A DNA stretch of 64,000 nt from an uncultured Acidimicrobiaceae bacterium (GTDB taxonomy: Bacteria > Actinomycetota > Acidimicrobiia > Acidimicrobiales > RAAP-2): the NCBI GenBank assembly GCA_963807775.1, contig CAWECY010000004.1:475873-539872 (forward strand). Reading direction: 5' to 3'. The notes below the pieces were generated by a model. The model did not search any database and was not told where the DNA came from. It was given only the letters and a program-made list of their open reading frames with translations. Each line of letters starts with the position of its first letter. Position 1 is the stretch's first letter. Shown here piece after piece: positions 47,895-57,265 of this stretch. The translations under genes were made by a program, and so were the position numbers.

Positions 47895-49358
47895 TCATTT
47901 GGGTTCCAACTCGAACACGAATTGATACGAAAACAGATCAGGCGAGAGCGTGAGTCCGATCTGGTCCACACCGCTCATGATCGCCAACAGTTTCGACGGT
48001 GACGGTCCGCCCCTTCTTGCGATCGCGACCGGCACCCCGGCACTCGAGCGGCGGCGGACTCGCATGCCAGCTTGGTCGGCCATACGCTCGAAGCTTTTCT
48101 CCGTGAAGAAACGTACATGTGCCGCGTCGAAGATGCCGCGACGCTCGTAAGCAAAGTGGCCGGAGACGAGGCGCAAACGCGGATACCAATGGGCGACGTT
48201 TGGCACACAAGCCATCACAACCCCTCGGGGCGCTAGTACGTCGCACAGCTGCGTCAGCAGCTTCTGAGGTTCAATCAACCGCTCGAATACGTGAGTACCA
48301 ATAACCACATCGAAATTGTCACCCACCTCCGCGGGCAAACCTTCGCTCAAATCTGCTTCGACGAAGTCGTCCAAACGCTCACCCACTCCGTCGATTTTTT
48401 GCGAGTGAATGCCAATTACCGTGTGACCTTCCAGCCTCAACAGCTCCCCCAGCCGGCCATTTGAGCAAGCGAGGTCGAGTATTCGTTTGGGGGAGCCGTT
48501 ACTGAGCCAGGTAAGAAGTTTGCGCTGCCCAGGGCTACTGCTTTCGTCGTACTGCTCGTTATCGTCGGAGAATGCCATTTCTCCTGAGCCGAAGCCCATC
48601 TTGTGCACCCTGTAACGGACGACGTCTGTCACGACGTCTTTGGCGTAGCCGAGACCATTGACGCCGCAGACCTCGTTTCCGTAGAACGTCGGGATCGCCA
48701 CTTCCACAATGAGCTTCTTCGCCTCAAGGAGCTGAAGGATGATCTCGGTGTCGAAGTCGAATCCGTCGGAGTTCGACTCAAAGGGGATCTCGTTGAGCGC
48801 CTGAACACGGTAGGCGCGATACCCGCTGTGCCACTCCGTTAGGTCGAGGCCAGTCGCTGCATTCGAGAACTTACTCAAGATCCGGTTGCCGACGTACTTG
48901 TAAAACGGCATGCCGCCGATTCGGGCCGAACCAGGGTCCATCAACCGGGACCCGAACACTGCGTCGCAGTGAGTGGTCTCGAATGGAGCAATCAGGTCCT
49001 CGATCACTTCAGGGGCGTACTGGCCGTCGGCGTGCAGCAGAACGACAATGTCAAGCCCACGTTCAATAGCCCAACGGTAAGCAGCCTTTTGGTTTCCCCC
49101 ATAGCCCAGATTCTGAGGCCTACGAATGACAGTCAGGGGCAGATCAGTCTCTGCCTGGTAGTCCTTGCCGACGCTGTACGTACAGTCGCTGCTGGCGTCG
49201 TCACACACCACCACGTCAGCCACTTTGGACCGGAAGCCCTTGGGGAGCCGATCCAGTACTGCGGCCAGCGTTGATGCCGCGTTGTATGCCACGACAACAA
49301 TGCCGATTCGATCCGAACTCGACGCCTCAAGAGCGCCGTTTTCAGCCACCTTGGTCAT
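47895..49358 (-). CDS. Bifunctional GT2 polyprenyl-phosphate glycosyltransferase-type domain plus class I SAM methyltransferase domain
   Basis: Internal ATG at 49358. GIVVVAYNAASTL, VCDDASSD, VLLHADGQY and GSRL (DPM1/ArnC/GtrB-like). Then ILDLACSNGRLG...VIGTHVFERL. Confidence 0.85.
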   Translation of the reverse strand: MTKVAENGALEASSSDRIGIVVVAYNAASTLAAVLDRLPKGFRSKVADVVVCDDASSDCTYSVGKDYQAETDLPLTVIRRPQNLGYGGNQKAAYRWAIERGLDIVVLLHADGQYAPEVIEDLIAPFETTHCDAVFGSRLMDPGSARIGGMPFYKYVGNRILSKFSNAATGLDLTEWHSGYRAYRVQALNEIPFESNSDGFDFDTEIILQLLEAKKLIVEVAIPTFYGNEVCGVNGLGYAKDVVTDVVRYRVHKMGFGSGEMAFSDDNEQYDESSSPGQRKLLTWLSNGSPKRILDLACSNGRLGELLRLEGHTVIGIHSQKIDGVGERLDDFVEADLSEGLPAEVGDNFDVVIGTHVFERLIEPQKLLTQLCDVLAPRGVVMACVPNVAHWYPRLRLVSGHFAYERRGIFDAAHVRFFTEKSFERMADQAGMRVRRRSSAGVPVAIARRGGPSPSKLLAIMSGVDQIGLTLSPDLFSYQFVFELEPK

Positions 49359-49934
49359 TGCCCCGCCCCTTCCCCCGATGAAGTAAACCCCGAGAGGATA
49401 TCGCAGCGCTATGCATTTGTCTTGCGCGGCCACAATCCAAAGTTACGCCGATGTGGTTTGGAATGTGCCCTTGTGGTTCGGCTGTTCTCCGGCCTGTCAT
49501 GGGCCACACCGGTTATGTTGCCCGCCCCAAAGGCAACGGAAGACTTCCTCGTGGCGGTGGTTACCCAGTCCGACGTCGTAGCGGTCTCGACCACCCGCTC
49601 GACGACGTGGTGTCAATCCGAGAGCGATGTGGTGGTGAATCACTACACCACGTGTTCCGACGTGGCCGGAGTGAGTGTTCACGCGGTGAGGTTCGTGGTC
49701 GGGAGTTCCCCTCTTAAGCAGCGTTGGCGGTCGGAAACTCTGAATCGGTAGCACTTTGGTGTGGAGTTATCCTCTCAAGGTGGCTCCAAGGTTGATGACC
49801 GGGATGCGGTATACGTCGAGCGAAATCGCGGCGGACCAGTTAGATGAGTTGAGGCCGATCTCATGTGGTCGCCGGACGGACCTGAGCATCTATCCGGATG
49901 TGCGGTCGATCCTTCCAGCGTCGGGCATGGCGCC

Positions 49935-51212
49935 ATGACCCGGGCTCAGTTGATCGGTCGCCGCACGATCGGTCAGAGCTTTTCCAGCCGACACAACAGT
50001 CTGAACTTCATTCGCCTCGTGCTCGCGCTGATCGTGTTGGTGTCACACGCGGGGCCCCTAGGCGGATTCTGGAACACGGGATTCCGCATCAACGACACTG
50101 GACTGGATTCCATTGCGGTCTATTGCTTTTTTGGCATTAGCGGCTTCCTAATCACGGCAAGCGTGGTACGAAATCGAGCCGGACGATATGTCTGGCAGCG
50201 GTTTCTGAGGATATTTCCGGGATTGTGGATCTGCCTGCTCGTGACGGCGCTGTTCTTTGGTGTGGTCGCGTGGCTTAGTAACCCCGTACCGCACTGCGGT
50301 TTGTCCTGTTACTTCACTGCCAAGGACAGTCCGTTCGGCTACCTTTACAGAAACTGGCTTCTACCCAACGCGTACAGCGCGCAGTTCTCGATTGCGGGCA
50401 CCCCTCGTGGAGCTGGAGTTGTTTTCCCCATTTGGGACGGCCCACTCTGGACGCTCTTCTACGAGTTTCTGTGTTACCTGCTACTAGTCGCGCTCGCTCT
50501 TTTCGGTCTGGTACGCCGACGCGTGTTCACGCTCGTCGCCGCCCTGTGTGTCTGGCTCACCGTTTTGGTGATTACTACCGACCATTCTTTGGATATTCAG
50601 TTCAATATTCTGGAACAAACGCATTCCGTCATCATGAACCTCCTGAAATTCGCCTCCATATTCTTGGTCGGAGCTGTGATCTATCTCTATCGAGAGAAGA
50701 TCCCTGATTCGGGTTGGCTAGCTCTAGGGTGTACGGTCCTCTTCGTGGCGTGTTTGTTTGCGCCGCTTCACGGATTGGATCCGATCGATTGGTTCACCTT
50801 CTCGGACCTCCTCACCCCTCTCGTCGCATATCCAGTCCTTTGGCTCGGTATACATCTTCCGCTCCAGAAGGTGGGTTCCCGGAACGATTATTCCTACGGG
50901 ACTTACATCTACGCGTATCCAGTGACCCAGCTTCTTGTCATCGCCGGGGTACAGAAGTGGGGATATGCCCCGTTCATCCTGTTGACCGTCCTCGCTACCG
51001 CTCCATTCGCGGTAGCGAGTTGGTGGCTGGTGGAGAAGCGTGCACTAAGTCTAAAGAAGCTGGACGCCGCCAAATTGGTGAGAGGGCTGTTGGGCCATAG
51101 AGAAAGGCGGAGCCACCCATCCGTCATTTCTCCTAAGGGAGTCAAACCTGATTCCGAGGGAGAGCCCTTGAAGGATTCTGCCCACATCGCCACCGCGCCG
51201 GCTGAGCAGTGA
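49935..51212 (+). CDS. Acyltransferase family 3 membrane O-acyltransferase
   Basis: NSLNFIRLVLALIVLVSH...AVYCFFGISGFLIT...RFLRIFPG, with about 10 TM helices. Confidence 0.85.
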   Translation: MTRAQLIGRRTIGQSFSSRHNSLNFIRLVLALIVLVSHAGPLGGFWNTGFRINDTGLDSIAVYCFFGISGFLITASVVRNRAGRYVWQRFLRIFPGLWICLLVTALFFGVVAWLSNPVPHCGLSCYFTAKDSPFGYLYRNWLLPNAYSAQFSIAGTPRGAGVVFPIWDGPLWTLFYEFLCYLLLVALALFGLVRRRVFTLVAALCVWLTVLVITTDHSLDIQFNILEQTHSVIMNLLKFASIFLVGAVIYLYREKIPDSGWLALGCTVLFVACLFAPLHGLDPIDWFTFSDLLTPLVAYPVLWLGIHLPLQKVGSRNDYSYGTYIYAYPVTQLLVIAGVQKWGYAPFILLTVLATAPFAVASWWLVEKRALSLKKLDAAKLVRGLLGHRERRSHPSVISPKGVKPDSEGEPLKDSAHIATAPAEQ

Positions 51213-51239
51213 CTTGAGATTTGAGCACGTGGCGTAGCC

Positions 51240-51700
51240 GGTATCGCTGAGTGAGGATCGCTTCTCCCCGGAGAGTTCCAGAACCGCGGAGTCGGTCCGG
51301 CGACACCACCCAGCTGCTGGTCGAGCCGTGAAACGGAAATGGCCATGGGTGGTGAGGACATGGATGTTGTGCGTGGCAAGAGCTGATCGAGGTTGTAGAG
51401 GCGGTGGGTCTAAAGGTCGTGCCTGTCCGGCGGTGGCGATCTTGTCGATCTCGTCCGGTGGCACGGTGCACGGCTGGTGTCTCGGAGCTCTGCTCGAGCT
51501 CGGCCTCGCCGATGCAGTGCATGATGGTGTGGAAGATACGGATCCTCGGGATCCGCTGCTGATTTTCTGCGGTGCCAGCCGAGTACGGCGTAAGCTTTGC
51601 CTGGCCCAGCACCTCATTACGGGAGCCGTTCGTGCGCGGCTAGTCCGGAGGCGGTCGTGGGCTTGTGTGCGAGAAGTTCGGCGGTTAACGGGGGAGTTGC
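51240..51700 (-). pseudogene. Possible degenerate transposase/integrase (rve-type) C-terminal remnant
   Basis: Overlapping minus-strand frames give LRRTRLAPQK / TPYSAGTAENQQRIPRIRIFHTIM. These faintly resemble the RTRPY.PQTNGKVERFH block of IS481/IS3 integrases. No intact ORF. A weak call. Confidence 0.25.
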
Positions 51701-51868
51701 AGGTGACTGGGTCGACACGGCGACAGTGCGGTGTTCTGTCAGAGATACGTTTTCTGCCGAACCAGCACCCCCCTTCTCCGCACTGGACTGGTGACGATCA
51801 AGCCAGTGGGAACGACCTCCACCGTCCCCCTTTCCTCGCCGAAAAGCGCGCGCTTGTCTGATCGGCTT

Positions 51869-53734
51869 ATGCACCGGGTATCCGAGGCATCGAGCAAGCG
51901 TCGTTGGTTGCCCCCGGGCGTTTGTGTCGCGGCCTATACCGTCCTTGTGCTGTTTGACTTTGGCTCGCTCGGGCCGGGATCAGGAAGGTTCACCGGGACC
52001 GGCACCGCCGACCAGGTCCAGCAGGTCTGGTTCCTGGAATGGGTGCAATTCGCCCTTTGGCACGGACATAACCCCTTCTTCAGTCAATGGGCGAACTACC
52101 CAGGTGGGATGAACCTCTTGGCGGACACTTCGTTCGTGGCGTTGGGCATTCTCGTTGCACCGATCACCGCTGTCCTTGGCCCCCTCGTCACCTGGAGCCT
52201 TATGCTCCGTCTGGCCATTGTCCTCTCCGCGACCTCGATGTGCTTCGTGCTCCGACGGTGGACGAAGTGGTGGCCGGCAGCCTTTGTAGGCGGCTTGGTT
52301 TACGGGTTCTCCTCCTACACACTGTTCAACGGCTCTGATTACCTCTTTCTCGTTTTCGTAGCGATTCCTCCCCTCGTCTTCTTGCTCCTCGACGAAGCGC
52401 TCCGCCGACAACGCTGGCGGCCGATGGTGGTGGGCGGATTCCTCGGGGGTCTATGCGCGCTCCAGTACCTCATCTCGTCAGAGATCCTCGTAAGCACGGT
52501 ACTGATGGGTGTCATCGCCTCGGCGATCTACCTCGTGGCGACGCGAAACGCGCTAAGTGCCAAATGGCCATACCTCAAGGTGGTGGCCGTCTCATGTGCC
52601 ACCGTCGTGATCGTCTTGCTGGCCTACCCAGTGCTGTTCCAGATACTAGGTCCCGCCCACGTTAATGCCGTCTCAAGTCTCCCAGGGCACAACGACCTCC
52701 TCGGGCTGGTGGCTCCTGGACCTGAGCAGTCGCTCGCTCCCGCCTTCTTCGATCGAATATGGGCCGGTCGATTCGACCTTTACTTCAATTCGGCTCCCAC
52801 CTACCTCGGTCTTCCCCTTCTGATCGCCGTTGTAGCCATTGTGGTCTGGCTCCGCCGCGTACGTGCGGTCGTCCTGGCAGGGTCAATGACCGCTGTGGCG
52901 CTAGTTCTATCCCTCGGGCCGACGCTATTCGTCGGCGGCACGAACACCCACATCCCGCTTCCCTTCGCAGTTGTCTCGCATATTCCGATACTGGGCGTAC
53001 TGTCCCCGGGCCGACTGGCCCTGTTCACCAGCCTGTTTGCGGCGGCGGTGCTAGCGATGGGCGTCGACGAGGTCCATCGAAGGGTTCGCGCCGCTAATCG
53101 CCCTGCGTGGCTACCGCACGAGAGGGCACTGTTCGCCTTCGCGGCACCGGTAGCCCTGGCCGCGATCGTTCTGGTTCCGCTCGTGCCTGCCGGAACTCAG
53201 GCGTGGTCAAAGACCGGAGTGCCCTCGTTCTTCACCTCCGAGGCGCTCTCCGCGATCCCTAGGGGGAGTGTCGTACTCACGTATCCCTATCCGAGCCCTC
53301 CGAATAAATCCTTTATCACCGCGTCGACCGCCTCATTCGTCGGAGCGGTCGACGACATGCAGCTCGCCCAGGCGGTTTCTCGGATGCGCTTCAAACTGAT
53401 TGGTGGCTATGGATCGAGGCTCCACCTTCCCGACCCTTCGTCGCTGCCGCCATTCTCGGTGCAGGCGCTATTCGACCTGGCTTTCTACGGCGACGCGACG
53501 GCGGCACAACGCGCTGTGCTGTCGCGGGCCGACGAGGTCGCGAATCTTCGCCTCTTCCTGCGCCGCTACGGCGTGGGCACAGTGATCGCCACGCCCATCG
53601 GTATCCAACCGTCGATAGTCGTCCGGGACCTTACCGCCGCCATCGGATCTCCAGTCCATACCGGGGGAGTCACCGCATGGTTCGATGTCCAGCAACGTCT
53701 TCGGGGCTCCTATCTCCTGGGAGGACCACATTGA
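51869..53734 (+). CDS. Large polytopic membrane protein, family B paralog 1 (YfhO/GT-C-like)
   Basis: Start chosen at ATG 51869. WFLEWVQFALWHGHNPFFSQWANYPGGMNLLADTS loop after TM1. More than 10 TM helices. Soluble C-terminal roughly 170 aa. Confidence 0.7.
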   Translation: MHRVSEASSKRRWLPPGVCVAAYTVLVLFDFGSLGPGSGRFTGTGTADQVQQVWFLEWVQFALWHGHNPFFSQWANYPGGMNLLADTSFVALGILVAPITAVLGPLVTWSLMLRLAIVLSATSMCFVLRRWTKWWPAAFVGGLVYGFSSYTLFNGSDYLFLVFVAIPPLVFLLLDEALRRQRWRPMVVGGFLGGLCALQYLISSEILVSTVLMGVIASAIYLVATRNALSAKWPYLKVVAVSCATVVIVLLAYPVLFQILGPAHVNAVSSLPGHNDLLGLVAPGPEQSLAPAFFDRIWAGRFDLYFNSAPTYLGLPLLIAVVAIVVWLRRVRAVVLAGSMTAVALVLSLGPTLFVGGTNTHIPLPFAVVSHIPILGVLSPGRLALFTSLFAAAVLAMGVDEVHRRVRAANRPAWLPHERALFAFAAPVALAAIVLVPLVPAGTQAWSKTGVPSFFTSEALSAIPRGSVVLTYPYPSPPNKSFITASTASFVGAVDDMQLAQAVSRMRFKLIGGYGSRLHLPDPSSLPPFSVQALFDLAFYGDATAAQRAVLSRADEVANLRLFLRRYGVGTVIATPIGIQPSIVVRDLTAAIGSPVHTGGVTAWFDVQQRLRGSYLLGGPH

Positions 53735-53820
53735 GCTTTCAAGGTTCTGAAGATGGTTGGTCCGAAGAATGGATTCGGGCCTCTATCGGTTCTATCGTTC
53801 GATTGTGGGGAACGGGGCGA

Positions 53821-54129
53821 TCAGCGAGCAACTCTCCGACCGGAACACAGCTTGAATTTCCTTCGACTGTTCCTTGCCCTCACGGTTGTCGTTGCCCATG
53901 CGATCCTGCTCAGCACCCCGGTAATGACGAAGCCCGAGATGACGAAGAAGACGTCGACGCCGACATAGCCACCGCTCAGGGCGGAGACGCCGCTGTGGAA
54001 AAGGACAACGGGCAAGACGGCGACGGCTCGAAGACCCTGCACGTCCGGCCGGAACTTTCGGTCTTCGGGAGCCGTGCCTGATTCGTCCCCCGACGCGACA
54101 TGTCGAGGGGTGAGCCCCAGCCGAGACAT
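53821..54129 (-). pseudogene. Truncated acyltransferase-3 N-terminal fragment
   Basis: FRPDVQGLRAVAVLPVVLFHSGVSALSGGYVGVDVFFVISGFVITGVL is the canonical family N-terminus. The reading frame collapses after about 100 codons and abuts the convergent gene's end at 53734. Confidence 0.6.
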
Positions 54130-54851
54130 GCACGACGTTATCGCCAACGGGCATGGTCGTTTTGGCTTCCGTTCCCACCGCTCTTGCAGACTCCTCGAAG
54201 GCCCTTCGTCGTCTCTTGGACGCGATTGACGCGGGGAAGATTCATGCCGACCCAAAGGCCCGCGCACTCAGACGGCGGTTGTAGGGGGCAGCGGCGGCGT
54301 GGGAGGAGGCGTCGCCAGGGAGTGAGGAGGACCCGAAGAAGGGATCGCGATGAAGACGTGGACCCCTGCCCCATATCGCAGGCGCCCACCATGGGGATAC
54401 CACCTCTACCCCAATCACTGGGGTAGGCAAGTTAGATGTATCTCCCCTTTGCCCGCCGCGTGTGAAAGCGATGAGGGCGAGTGTCACGGCGACGACTCGT
54501 TCGCACTGACCGCCAGCCTGATTCACCAACCGCTCCAATCCGAACATCGCGCCCCGCGAGTAGGCCATGCTGGCGCAGAAGGCCGGCGAGCATCCGAAGG
54601 TCGTCGCCGAGGGCTCGGGCACTCATCCACCGCAGGACGCAATGTTGCTTATCCCTTGAACATCATCCCGTGCTACGGCCAGTGCGAGTCCTGCCACGAT
54701 CCTTCTCGTTACGGAACGCGTCAACGAACCAAGGGTGACCAGTCAAGCGTTGGAAGTTTTGGAAATCCAATCCGGACGACTGTCGAGCCGAGGTCATCGC
54801 GGCTGGCTACCTAAAACGCACGAAGCGACGATCTGAGTGGCACGGATGCCT

Positions 54852-56769
54852 CTAGGTGACAGGCCTACCATGCAGCGAGAGAACTGTGACGTTGTTGGCG
54901 TCAACGCGCCTGACGGGTCGACTCACTCGATTCCACACCCACGCGCCTCTTTCGTACGATGGGGCCCTCCCGGTGGCTGCAGCAATCAGCGCGTTGGCTT
55001 CTGTCGTCGAAGCGATCTGGTCATACCGCGGAAGTTGTGGATTGTTTGGCACTACCACCTTTGTCACCCCCCAAGCAGTCAGCGCTTGCCTGACCTCTTC
55101 GATTGAAGCAGGGGTGATTGGAATGGGCGCCGGATAGGGGTACGCAATGCTCCAGAGCACTACAGCACCCGCTCGCGTTTCAATAGGAAAGCGCGGCAAA
55201 CCAGCCGGCTGGGCCCCCTACCCCGACAATCGAGAACCGCATCCCGCCAATCGCCTGCCAGATCATCGCGGTTTCAAGGGCCCAGTTGGGTGGCGGAAAT
55301 ACCAGCAGCACGTCGTTTCGCTCCACAGACGACGGGGGATGCTGGAAGAAGGTAGGCAGCGTGACGGCCTGAGTCGTGATCGGCAGCCCTTGCACCGAAT
55401 AAATCGCAATCGGGAGTAGAGCAAGTGCCGCAACTCCGAGCGCGGCGATGCCGGCTCTCTCTTGGCTTCGATCTCGTCGGCTCTCAGCCGCCGATGCGGA
55501 ACGTCGACGAACAGATTCGTACACGTGATCAACGATGAGGCCCAGCATGATGGCCATTGCGAGGTAGGTTCCGAGCAGGAATCTTGTCGGCCAGATGTTT
55601 TGCAGGAGCGGTGCATTTGAGAACTCACGCCAAGGAAGAGGCGTGTTGCTACTACCTGAACCGAGGGAGATGACCAACGTGCAGAGCCCGACGGCACCGA
55701 ACAACCAGAGTCTCCGATCCTTCCGCCAGATGATGAGCCCGAGCACGAGCACCAATGCGAGTCCGAGTCCGATGTACTGGTTGGACAGAAAGGGACCTTG
55801 GTAGCCACCGGCCAGATGCCGACTTGCGACCGCGACAGCGTCCCCTGGTGCCGGTACGAAGAAGTCCCTGAGGTTCGTGTTCCACTGGAGAAATTGAGAT
55901 CCTCCCCAGATCTGACCCGATAGATGCTCGGGCCCGGCCAGAGCGAACCACGCCGGGTAGGCCAGGAGCACCACGGAAGTCCCGGCTCCCCACATCAAAC
56001 CAACGACAGCGTGTCGCCAGTGGCGCTTCAACGCCTCTTTCTCCCGCCAGGCCGCGAAAATGAGAATGAACACGAGGCCAATGGCAACCGAAATCGCCAT
56101 TATGAGCAGCATCTCGATACCAAGAAAGAACTGCAGGAAGACCAGTACGCCGAGGCCCACTCCGACCTTGATGGGACTGCGCCGCTGCCGGAACAACAGC
56201 TCATCGAGAAAGAGAACCACCAGCGGGGGCACCGGGGCCATGCCCACCATAAGCCACACGTTCGAGAGACTCACGAGCAAGAGGGGCGAGAATCCATAGA
56301 GGAGACCTGCGACGAAGGCGGCCGGTGCCCATCGCACCCACCGCCTGACGAGGATGAACATTGCCAGGGCCGAAAGCAGCGGGCTCAGAGTCAGCGCGAC
56401 GTTGAGGCTCGCAACAGGACCGAAGAGCCACGTGATGGGAGCGAGCACGATCCCGATCGCGGTGGAACTCGCGTTCGCCAACATGTTGACACCCTGGGGA
56501 TGATTGGCGAACGTCGAGAAGAACGGATTAAGGCCGTGAGTGAGTGCGTACGCCGGCCACGCAAGGAACCATGTGACCAGGGAGCCGTCGCCGCAACCAC
56601 AAGTGGTGACTGATGTTGGATGAGTAGTCCAGATGCCGGACCAAACAATTAGCGACAACACAGAATAACCGACGGCGGCGTAGAAGATTGAGCGCCAACC
56701 TCGTGCGGAGTGACCTGCTTTGGCGAATCTGGTGAGTCCCGCTTCGGGCAGCTCTCTAGGCGTAGCCAA
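54852..56769 (-). CDS. Large polytopic membrane protein, family B paralog 2, split by an apparent 1-nt frameshift
   Basis: ORF 55180..56769 (WFLAWPAYALTHGLNPFFSTFANHPQGVNMLANAS, RRWVRWAPAAFVAGLLYGFSP) parallels paralog 1. Its missing C-terminal domain is ORF 54852..55199 (ITPASIEEVRQALTAWGV...). The junction is at a TTT run near 55195-55203. Confidence 0.7.
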
Positions 56770-57265
56770 TTTCTCTCGGTACTGCCGACACTCATAGCTC
56801 GCTCCCGTGGCTTAAGCGGGACGATTGTAGGTGCATAGGACGTGGAAGCCGAAATGTTCCGGGTCAGGCGGGGAGAAGCGGTTTGGTGAGATACCGGGGG
56901 GCTGCGCCGTTACCAAATCCCAGGATTGTCTTGACCTCCGCGTGGACGCCGTTCCGAATGGTCAAAGCATGGCAGGCAAGCACGCGGACATGCGGGGGAA
57001 TCTCGACGTTTCGTCCCATCCTTCAGCCTCGTCCCGTTGTCGAAGGACCGAGTTGGCGGAGCACCATGCACGTCCTAGCCCAACCCGGTACTCCGTGAAG
57101 ATGGTTTTGTTAGGGGCCGCCGGGCGATGCCCTTACGCTGCATGCTCAATCGGGTTCGCCGCCCACCCATGGACGTCGTGAGGCCGGCACCGCTACCCTT
57201 CCGCTACATTGCCATCGCCATCCAGATCGGGTGTCTGGGTCCTGAAAATGTAGAACGGCAGGGTC

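Noticed and set aside
54852-55199. A stand-alone 115-aa gene.
   Set aside because: It corresponds to the C-terminal soluble domain present in paralog B1. It joins ORF 55180..56769 after a 1-nt correction.
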